Source of the DNA: Vicugna vicugna
Lineage: Eukaryota
Assembly (NCBI GenBank): GCA_013265495.1
Contig: MU058384.1
Location: 1,055,690 to 1,119,689 of the forward strand
Reading direction: 5' to 3'
Length of the DNA: 64,000 nucleotides
Shown: positions 54,353 through 64,000 of the stretch, piece after piece
How positions within the stretch are numbered: position 1 is the first letter of the stretch
Layout: each line of letters starts with the position of its first letter
Translations under genes and position numbers: made by a program
Notes under the pieces: model-generated
The model's database searches: none
What the model saw: the letters and a program-made list of their open reading frames with translations, nothing else
What the model was told of the DNA's origin: nothing

Positions 54353-56109
54353 AATTTCGACATATCAGTGTCTTGAAGGATTCTCTTGCTCCAGGCTTAC
54401 TGTACTGAAGATTTTTTTGAAGCAGTTAATATTTACAATTAGTTGACTTTGAGTCAAGCAGATTACAATCCATGGATGTATCTCATTAAATCAGCTAAAT
54501 ACTATAAGAGCAAAGACAGGCTTCCCAAAGAAGAAACTTTGTCTCAGGACTGTAATACAGAAATTCTGCCTAAGCGTCCAAATTGTTGACCTGCTTTGCA
54601 GATTTTGGACTCAAGAATGCAACAGCAATTCTTACATGATTTCCAATCTGCTGACCTGCCCTATGGATTTTGGACTTTCCAGCCCCCACAATTGTGTAAG
54701 CCAATTTATATATGAAGTACTGTTGGCTCTTGGTTCTGTTTCTCTGGAGAGCCCTGAACAATAAATTAAATGGAACTGCCACCTCACATTGCTCACCTCT
54801 GGCTTCCAAGTCTCTTATGGCTTTGTCTGCTGAAAAGATCCTAGATTACATGCAGAAATCTAGCTGCAAAGCAATCCAGAAGGTGCAATCTATTAGCTTC
54901 CCAGTCTCTACAGAAGAGAAAAGCATGTTGAAGGGGACTGAAAATAGTATTTAGTGAGTCAATCTAAGAATCTGCCACACCAATATATGATTATCTACTT
55001 TTTTAATACATACTAGCCTTCTCTGCTAATCAGTTAGCCTTGAATCAACTGTTGTAGCCTCACACCATCCATCAAATCAGGTCATATATTCTTTAACATA
55101 CAAATAAATGTTAAGATACAGTAACCCCTGACTAATAATTTAAACAGGACTTAAATATTTATTTCATTTTTTACTTGCTTGATGATATATTTATACCTGT
55201 AAGGAAAAGAAAATGAATAAAAGGATTTAGAATCTCTATTTTGAGGAAACTAGGCAATAAGGACAGATAATTTTTTAATAATTACATTGAATGTTCTCCT
55301 TTTTTCTGGACAAAACATTTTTTTATTATACTAAGGATGAACAGTTTAACCTAAGCCATTTAACTATTTAACTTAAGGAAGTGACAGAGCCTGGCCTAAA
55401 GCGCAGGTCTTGTGAGTTCTTGATTAGTGCCCTTTCCTCGCTACCATGCACAAAGGAACACTGTAATCCACAAGGAAATATTCACCTAACTACAGCCCGC
55501 TTGTCCAAGTATAAATAAACCAAGGCAACAGGAAGAAATGTGGAGTGGAGACAAGGAAGATGGCAAACACACAAAAGCTTTTTGGCCAAACCTCAAACTT
55601 CAGTGTTTTTCATAGGGATGAAACCCATAGAGCATATTCTTTTCCTTGAATGTTTAATTTGTTATCCTTTTATATGTAGAAATTAGAAAACATTCCAAAA
55701 ATCTAACAGCAGTCTGTGCTCTTTCACTGAATTCAAATAGTCCACTTTTATTGAACATTTTACTAAGCTTAGATAAATCAGAGAGATTATCTAAAAGCAT
55801 TCAGCTCATTGTAAAAAACACCAGAGAGACCTTTAAAAGGATTGTAAAGACTCTCAATCAAACTAGTTCTCACAGAAAATGTGTAAAAGGACATAGGACA
55901 CAGTTAAGAAGCTGGAGGCAGGATCCATTTCCACAGCTACCATTTAAATTCAGGCCTTTGTTAGCTTCATCTAGAATTCTTTAACAACACTACAATGGTC
56001 TCGCTCTCTCTCTCTCATTTTTTCTCCAGTCTTTCCCCTTCAATTCTACCTGAAAACACTGTTTCCAGATTAGTGTTGAAAAATTTATCATGCCATTCCA
56101 CTGTTTAGA

Positions 56110-56350
56110 CAAAGTGATGAAGGACTAGAAGCCAAAAATTCTTGGCTGGCGTTTCTGTCTTGCCCCCTAAAATCTGGGCTTGGACAAAATATACTTTTCC
56201 TAAGGACACTTTTCTGAGTCTCTGTCTCTGTCTGTCTGTCTTTCACATTAATAAAACCATTAATAATCCCTGCCTAATACATGGTTCATATGGCAATCAA
56301 ATAAGTGAATAATTTGAAAAAAAATGTTGAAAATTTTTAAATACTACAAA
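56110..56350 (+). mobile_element. MIR SINE (decayed)
   Basis: gggcttggacaaa...cactttctgag-like core, then taataatccctgcctaatacatggtt...atcaaataag. Confidence 0.55.
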
Positions 56351-57199
56351 CAGTAAACAGTTTGAGGCAATCATCCCAAAAACCTAAGCTCAAAAGTCAA
56401 CAGATAGGCTATAAAAATTTAATCGTGACTGTATTTATATTCTGATATCTTTTTCTTTTTTCAACTAACAATCTGTGAAAATAAAATTAGTTTTGTCCAC
56501 TATTAAGTAAAACATGATTTATTAATTCAAGGTCAAATTCCTTAAATTACCTAACTATTATATTCACCATACTTTACAAATCTTATTTTTAGAACATCTC
56601 AGCCATTATTTTCATGTTCTTATTTTTCTTGTTTTTTAATCTCTTCCTAAATACAAACATGTGCATGCACATCCACGCACACACTCATACTCATATCTAC
56701 TATGTTAATTATAGAACATTTCATTGAACACAAGTGATTTGAAGGACAATGGTAAGGACTGTTTTCAAATGTCATTTTTAAAAGACTTGGTAACTCTTAT
56801 GTAACATAATGGTATTTAGACAGTCTCAAGTATTTTAAAGGATGAAAATGATTGCATTGTCTTAGAATTCTACAAATCAGAGGAGTATTTTCCAATGAAA
56901 GAAAGATTGTTCTAATGACATGCTATTAGTAGCTTAGTTATTATTCCTCTATTATACTTTCTTGAAGAGGTCAAGCTACATTAACAATTTCTACAATTAG
57001 GAATATCTCTTTTAACACATATTTCAGATAGTTAATTATTATTATGTGAATCAAGGCATCAATATATATACTTCTCCACTCTACTCTCATATAGGATAAA
57101 CTCAAGTTAAGAAAACTATGAAGATAAGATGAAATATGAAGAGCCTTTGAGTCATATCAAATTGATTTAGAGAAATAATAGTTCAAGCTACTGACCAAA

Positions 57200-57580
57200 A
57201 TAAATGGTCTGCTTCAATAATATGCTCTTATTTTTATATAATGCTGCTGTTGTTTCTAACTTTTTGTACTTTTTTGTTAAATAAGATAAAAATCTGTTCA
57301 TCTTATTTATTGTTGCAGTTGTATATAGCTCTAATACATTAAGTCATGGCTGAACAGTATTTCCTTACAAGAATATACCACAATTTACTGACCTATTCAT
57401 CTATTGATGAATGAGGCATTTTAATTTTCACCCTTATGAATTTGCTGCCATAAATATTTTTGTAAGGGTTTCCTGGAGGAAATATGCAAAAGATTCTCTA
57501 AGGTAAATATCTATGCATAGAATTGCTGGGTTGTAGTCTACAGGCAAGTTCAGTTTTACTTGGGGCTGCCAACTGTATAA
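57200..57580 (-). mobile_element. L1ME-like 3' fragment
   Basis: gaatatacacaatttactgacctattcatctattgatg...tagaattgctgggttgtag. Confidence 0.7.
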
Positions 57581-58230
57581 ATCCTGTCTTTGAATCACAG
57601 CGTCAAAACTTTGTATTCCATGAAAAAGAAAAAAAAACTTAAATCTTAATCTCAGTTCAAGTTACTTGGGGTATGGCAGAAGCCCTTGGGATAAAAAAAC
57701 AAAACAAAAACAAAAACAAAAAACCTTTGACACTTGCTAACCCACAAGGTAGACTGGTTTGTTTTATTTGAACCTGTTGATTTCCTTACATTTTTGGCCA
57801 TGAGTATTTTTAAACTATGTTTTTTTTTTTTTTGGTCTAGTATGTAACATAGTTCATTTGAAGAGCTTGGGTTTTATTTGCCTATTTGTTAGTTTATCCT
57901 AATCACCATGCTGAAAACAGAAATTTAGTTACAGTCTAGTCATCTCTCCTTGATTTAATTTTATCCTCTATCATTGTTTTCCCTTATAAATTATCTTGCT
58001 GTCCCTTCTAATCTTTGTTTTACGTTTTTTAGAAATTACCTCTTTTCTCTCAGATTCCATCTCTAGTTCTCAGTTTCTTTCTTTTATTAGTTCAAATGTT
58101 TTACATTACTCTTTTATGTGTATTATGGAAATTGCAGATTTGCTTTAACTCTTCATTACAAGGAATAACTATCACAATTACATGGTAATAATTAGTGACA
58201 AAACAACAATCACTAAAAACAAATACAGAA

Positions 58231-58680
58231 TGTATCAGTCAGAATCCAAGTAAGAGATAGAAAGCACATAATTACTTGAACACAGAAATTTTAATAGAAA
58301 TAATTATTAACTATAACAGGGCACTGAAGCAAGAGAATTGGCTCCTAAAAAGTATAGAAAACTCTTGAGAATGAAGAAATGGCAGATACAAGGATTGGCC
58401 ACTACTCTTAGGGCTATGATACTGTGCCCAAAGAGGCCCCACACCCATAAGTGAGTTCCAGAACTTGTGAGAGAGGGCATGGCTGTGGTGTCTAAATGGC
58501 AGAGGAGTCACTGTGATAATCACGGGAAGGACCTGTTGGAAGTCTGCCCTCTGGACCTTAGCAAATATTCTCCTTCTGCTGTGCAGGAAAAGCTGTTCTT
58601 GGAGAAGTGTTTTGCTGGAGGCATTCTGCTATAAAACTACCCAAAGAAGCTGCAGGCAGAAGCTGCTTGCCATCAGGTAC
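58231..58680 (-). mobile_element. Old LTR fragment (family uncertain)
   Basis: Starts tgtatcagtcagaatccaag...ttttaatagaaataattattaact, typical of an antisense LTR 3' end. Confidence 0.5.
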
Positions 58681-58699
58681 TACTAATTAGAGTGAACTG

Positions 58700-58915
58700 A
58701 ATTTCCCAACAATCAGCTCAGTTTGCAAGAGGACTCTGAGCTCAAGAATGGAATATAGCCTGACCAACAGCAAGACTGTAGCCTTGTAGAATCCCAGGCA
58801 GAGGACCAAGTTAAGCTGGACCCAAACTCCTGACTCATAGAAATTATGAGATAATAAATGCATGTTGATTTAAGCTGCTAAATTTGTGGTAATTTTTTAT
58901 GCTGCAATAATTACT
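58700..58915 (+). mobile_element. MaLR LTR 3' part (MLT1E/F-like)
   Basis: gcagaggaccaagttaagctggacccaaactcctgactcatagaaattatgagataataaatg...taagctgctaaatttgtggtaa. Confidence 0.85.
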
Positions 58916-58929
58916 CTGCAGAAACAGTA

Positions 58930-60649
58930 TACTGACTATCTAGAGGGCATAATCCCTGGAGCTTTTGCTAATTTTGGCTGCAGCAAGTGAACGGAATCCA
59001 GGCTTTGCCAGAGCAGAGAGGTGCTCTGAGAATGAGAGAATGAAGATGTGAGGGCATCAAACACATGGCCAGTTTTCCCCACAAGGCATTTGCTGGATTA
59101 TGAAGTTGTGGAAACAAGAGGCTAAACACCTCAACCACAACCCTCTACAATCCTGAGCTTCATTGGCAGCAGTCTTCGGTGTTAAGAAGCAAAAAACCAC
59201 TGAGGAATGGCCTCAAAATCACAATATGCTGTGACTTGAAGGTCCAGGAGAGCTACAACCTAGAAACTGGGACAAAGAGAGACAGATTTACTATGACCAA
59301 AACAGCAACCTAGCCATAACTGGGCTTAATCCCTGTTTAGGTGAGATGGTCAGTCTCTCATTCTGTTTGGAAGATAAAACTGTGAAACTCCCTCCAGTAA
59401 TGTCATTTCATGTGAAGCCTCTGCCTGTTTTTAATGTGCAACATCTGGAATTCAATTTTAATAATTTTTTATATTCCTGTCAAAAGAAAGTACAGAATAA
59501 TTTTTAAAAACTAGAACAGATCTACAGATGATCCATATCTAATAGACAAGGATATAATTATGATTAATTTGTTCAAGAAAATTCAAGAAAATTGGATAAA
59601 ACAGAGTAAAATATCAAGATGTTTATAAGAAAAATGGAATATATAAAATATAATAAAAATTACAGAAATGAAAGGATAAAATGTGAAATTTTTAAATGAG
59701 TAGGCTATTTTAACAGAAAATGGACATAAGAAAAATGAGAATCAGTGAACTGGGAGAAAGGTCAAAAGAAAATATTCAAAGTGACACACAGAGAGAAAAA
59801 AAGGAAAATATAGAAGGATGTAAGAGACTGACAAATATAGAAGAACTAAACTACTGGAGTTCCACGAGAAAAGAAAGATAATTGGACAGGAGAAATATTT
59901 GAAGAAACAGTGAGTTTTTAAAAATATTAACAAACAATATTAAATTACAGAACCAAAAATCTCTGCATATATCAAGTAAGATATATAATAACCATGTCAA
60001 GTCAAATAATACACTTAGGGACATTGTAGTCAAAATGCTGAAAACCAAAGAAAAATAGAACATTTTAAAAGCAACCAAAGGGAAAACAAGCATAACCTTC
60101 AAAAGAGTAACAATCTGATTGACAGCTCACATCCTATAGATATGTAAGTCCCAGAGACAACATGGTGGCATCTTTAAAGTACTAGATGTAAACATATGTC
60201 CCTCAGAGTCCTATACACTACAGTGGTGCCTGTGAAATGTAAGGACAAGTTAAATATATGCTAAAATAAATAAAAAACTGAGAGAAATTATTACCAAACC
60301 TGTATTTAAAAAGGCTAATTATTTAGTAAGAAGGAAAATGATACTGGAAGAAAAGACACAAATGCGGAAAGAAATGAAGAGAAACAGTGTAAAATAGAAA
60401 TTAAGACTATATAAAAAATAAGTCAGCATGTCCTATAGATTTGTAAATATGTTTATAACTAAAATTCATGAAAATAACACCAAAACGTCATGCAGGTAAA
60501 TGGAATTGGTAAAACTGATCATTTATATTAGATTACAGTAAGTCAAGCATATATATATCATAATATCTAGAGTGAAAATATTTACCCTAAACTATTTCAG
60601 TAAACTGAAATAACAGTGAAGAATTTTATACTAGTAATAGAGAAAAGTA

Positions 60650-60650
<1 letters not shown>
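58930..60650 (+). mobile_element. Old L1/HAL1-like 5' UTR and ORF1 remnant
   Basis: Near 60020 the + strand reads DIVVKMLKTKEK*NILKATKGK, matching the ORF1p motif RHIIVKLLKTKDKEKILKAAREK. A-rich coiled-coil-type region upstream. Confidence 0.8.

Positions 60651-60652
<2 letters not shown>

Positions 60653-60697
<45 letters not shown>
60653..60697. repeat. (TAA)n microsatellite, ~15 units
   Basis: Directly visible. Confidence 0.95.
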
Positions 60698-60699
<2 letters not shown>

Positions 60700-60704
60700 T
60701 TTTA

Positions 60705-61120
60705 AAATAAAATGGCTAAAATATAAACCCCTGCCAATACCAAGGATTGGTAAGAAGGTGAAACAATCACTCACTTTTTATAACTACTTTGAAAACCCAT
60801 TTGACAGTATTTACTAAAGCTAAATAAATGAATACCCTTTGACCCAGCAAATCTGCACCTAGGTAAACACCCAAAAGAAATCATTGCTTATGTTGACAAG
60901 TACAAAAATTGTTCATAGAAGTAAGACAATCTGTGCTATATGACTTGTGTTAAGTTTACTTAAGTATGTTATTGGAAGAGGTCTAGAAAGATGGTCATCA
61001 AAATCATGAAGGTTATTTTTACTGTGTCAACATTTAAGTGATTTGACTGTTCATTACACAGTTCTTTACCATATTATTTATACAATAGCAATGCATACAT
61101 TTTTGTAATTAGGAAAATAA
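60705..61120 (+). mobile_element. L1ME-like ORF2 end and 3' UTR
   Basis: ctactttgaaaacccatttgacagtatttactaaagctaaa...tgacccagcaaatctgcacctagg. Confidence 0.75.
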
Positions 61121-63059
61121 CTATTTTACCATATATTCACCTCATTGACCTTGTCTTCAATTTCCAGCAGCTAAATTTAGTGACACAGTTACATAGGAAC
61201 ATTATTTAAGCCTCTTTTTCCCTCTCTAATAACACACATTTAAATTTCTAGAAATTCAATCTTTTTTCTCAAGGAATCAAATCAGATTAAATAAAACCAA
61301 TTGACATCTAACCAACCATATTACACTTCCATTTTAAGATGCAAAATGTCTGAGACACAGAATATTTTCATTAGAGCTGAGTTAGTGACAGAATCTGGTT
61401 AAAAGCTTTGCATATATTTCTTTTTCTTAGTATAAACAACAGTGCTACAAAACATAGGATAAAAACAGTTCTCTTATAAATGGGAATAAGCTAAAGTAAA
61501 GCAAAACCTATGGTCAAAACGTACAAGTATTCCAAACTGAAGTAGAATTTCCTTTCTATAATCCTTTACTGATAGGTTTATATATAAGTTTATTAGGTTT
61601 ATCAATCTTCCTTAACACACTTACATGCTATAAAACATCTGGCAAGGAAAAACAGAACACAGTATCTGGCTTAATGCTAGTGTAGTCAGGATATACATTT
61701 CTTATTATATTAGTAACAGACACAATTCTACAATACAATAAGTAAAAATGTTTCCTGTTAAAGGCAAAAACTCCCTTCTTGGAAATAAATTACCTTGGCC
61801 AGGGCCATGATGGGGCTACTGAGAATAGGTAATTCATTTCAAATAAATGGACCATCAACTAATGGGAAAGAGCTTCTACTGGCAATTTTAAACTTCCACT
61901 TAACTTTCTGCCTCAGTTTCCTTATCTAAAAGATGGGCTTATACATACTCCTTCTTTTAAAGCAGGTCTAATAGTAGTGTATTAACTGTGAGATCTAAAT
62001 CTACTGAATCAGAAATGGCAAATTCTATACAAATGCTGAATAATGCATGCTCCAGGGTTAAACTTATCCTTCATTTGGTTTTTATTCAATCTAACTTCTC
62101 AGTATTGTCTGAAATATACCTATGTACCAAATGGAAATGCTGCCAGTGTTTCACCACTTCAGTAACATCATTAGATGAGTGTCTCTTGAGTTGAATACAA
62201 AGTATTTGGGGGTGGTTGGGGTTTTTCCCCACTGTAAAAGGACTATGTTGGGGTCTTTGGGTTAGAATGAGCAATTAATGGTTTTTTAAATTGTGCAGCA
62301 CTTATAAAATTGAACATTTTATATTCATCTTTGTTTATTCACTTTGAGTGAGCTATTTTGAACCACAGCTTTAACAGTTGTCTTTTCAGATTTTTTTAAC
62401 GAGATTAGTAATGCACACCTCCTACACAGTACTTGAAAAATAGACACTTTATTGACCTATTATTGGATGTTTGGTGACTCCTTAGACACTATTTTTTGTA
62501 ATTTTATTTTGAATTTTGACTTGCGTTTAGGCATCCTTAAAAGTGTAGTTCTGATTACTGACTTGTTGCACAGCATACGTAGGAGTAAATGAACACCTCC
62601 CTCAGCCCAGCCCAATTACGCAGTTCTAACCTCATCTGCCCTTTTGGGTTTCCCTCTGAAACATGTATTGTCAGGTCAGACTGTATTTGAATATTTGGAG
62701 GCTAATGATGTGCTCCGTTTCCTTTCTCACTTGGCACCACTTGTTGCATCTAAACAGGTAGTCTTTCCTCCCTGGGCCACTGTAAACAAGACTCCCTCAG
62801 AATGCTCTGGAGGTTTTCTGAGGAACACTACTGATCTAGATAATGAATAAACTGCTTCAGTAGAAAAGATCTTTTTAAGTCTTTCCTCCATCTTTCTCTC
62901 TCATTCTCTCTACCTTTCTCCCTCTCCCCTCTGTTGTACCATCAGGAATACAGTTGTACATGATAGACCTTTCAGTGCAGAAAGAGAAGAGAATCTACCA
63001 ATTACTGAGTGCTAAACACATCTTACCTAATCAAGAGGCTGAAGTTAATAGCAAGAGAC

Positions 63060-63230
63060 TCTGTTAGGGTTTGGTGGACAGACCAAGAGCCTTAAGCAGG
63101 ATGAAACTGAGCTGAAACTCAGCTTTGCTGCTTATTAATCATGACTTGGGACAAATTTACTTAAAATCTACATGTGAGTCTCAGTTTTCATATTACTGAA
63201 ATGGGGATTCTAAGCTCTGCCTTGAATAAC
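63060..63230 (+). mobile_element. MIR SINE
   Basis: tgacttgggacaaatttacttaa...gagtctcagttttcatattactgaaatgggga. Confidence 0.75.
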
Positions 63231-63249
63231 TGTTTTTCTCTCACATGTC

Positions 63250-63800
63250 TTATTCCACACAACTTTTTAACATAGATGTTCCTCAGACATGATTATATTC
63301 CAATCTGCTGAAGGATATTATCCATCCACGTGGTTTCAACTCCATCTTTATGCCAATAGCTCCAAAATGTGTATCCCTAATTTCTCCTCTGGACTCTGCA
63401 CATGTATTTTGATTAGCCTACTCCACATCTTCTGAAACTCTCAATTGTACTTCAGACTTTTAATTCTAAAACCAAACTACTGATCTCCTACCTGGCCCCA
63501 AAGTGATTCTCTTTCACTATTCTGTTCCTCAGGGTAGAGGAAATCCATCCAATTGTCTAATTCAAAACTAATGGAGTTATCCTTGACATCTCTTTCTTTT
63601 AAATGTTTCTCAAAATCTGTCCAGTTTTGTCTGTCCCTATTCTCACAAACTGAGTCAATCATCACTTTGTGCCTCCTTAAGGAGACACGATAGATATTCA
63701 AGTGCGTTTTTCCACACAGCGGAGTACTCTATATAATAGAGAGAGTGATCTTCTAAGTTGTAAATCTGATCATACTGTATTCTACCTTTTGTTAAAATCC
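63250..63800 (+). mobile_element. L2 fragment
   Basis: ggtttcaactccatctttatgccaatagctccaaaatg...ggagttatccttgacatctct...agagtgatcttctaagttgtaaatctgatcat. Confidence 0.8.
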
Positions 63801-63844
63801 AATTATAATATAGTTAATGTGTATTGATTGTTTCCTACTTGCCC

Positions 63845-64000
63845 TTAGGGTTTTACATGTATCAACTCATTTTATACATGAAATGAGTAATACTATTATT
63901 ATTACTTTGGTACTATTATATTTATTTTGCAGCTGGAGAGACTGGAATACAAAGAGACTAAGAAACTCTTAGACACATACTCTTGGACATTTAGCTACTA
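63845..64000 (-). mobile_element. MIR SINE (runs off the window edge)
   Basis: ttttacatgtatcaactcattt...attttgcagctggagagactgg...agagactaag. Confidence 0.65.

Larger units (their letters stand above)
53952..54405 (-). other. TSD-flanked retroposed non-L1 segment (orphan transduction or 3'-UTR retrocopy)
   Basis: Perfect 13-bp direct repeat tgaagattttttt at 53939-53951 and 54406-54418. Minus-strand AATAAA at 53961-53966. Confidence 0.65.
53861..54765 (+). mobile_element. ERVL LTR MLT2D-like, interrupted at 53952-54405
   Basis: ttatgtgccaacttgactaggcta...caaacactagtctggatgttgct, resuming with tttacaattagttgactttgagtcaagcagattac...ttggttctgtttctctggagagccctga. Confidence 0.9.
53620..54979 (-). 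mobile_element. Old MaLR LTR (MLT1K/L-like), split by nested insertions (53620-53860 and 54766-54979)
   Basis: Left end agggttcttagttgca and right end ctagctgcaaagcaatccagaagg...aatctgccaca (TGTGGCAG start on the minus strand). Confidence 0.6.

Noticed and set aside
1..64000. CRISPR arrays, operons, tRNA/rRNA genes or prokaryotic defence systems
   Set aside because: The window is mammalian repeat-rich DNA. I saw no regularly spaced repeat-spacer array, long ORFs or structured RNA genes.

Overview
This is AT-rich, CpG-poor placental-mammal genomic DNA, intronic or intergenic, and not prokaryotic. The young L1 3' tails look cetartiodactyl, most like camelid L1s from my recollection of consensus sequences. 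I saw no Alu, B1, BovB, Bov-tA, PRE-1 or CHR SINEs. No protein-coding gene, RNA gene or CRISPR array can be supported. The ORFs in the track are chance ORFs or decayed L1 ORF2 pieces. The window is a mosaic of L1, L2, MIR, MaLR/ERVL/ERV1 LTRs, hAT MITEs and microsatellites. All family names were assigned by eye and need Dfam/RepeatMasker confirmation, and old-repeat boundaries are approximate. Highlights: (1) a TSD-flanked, non-L1 retroposed segment with its own poly(A) signal inside a four-level nest at 53.6-55.0 kb; (2) an isolated CpG-rich promoter-like element at 50.7-50.9 kb with a possible M-A-R micro first coding exon; (3) twin-primed inverted L1s; (4) a micro-inversion with an inverted breakpoint duplication; (5) a diverged ~250 bp duplication; (6) a cluster of candidate spliced exons at 9.5-10 kb. 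I cannot support a claim of a wholly new biological system.
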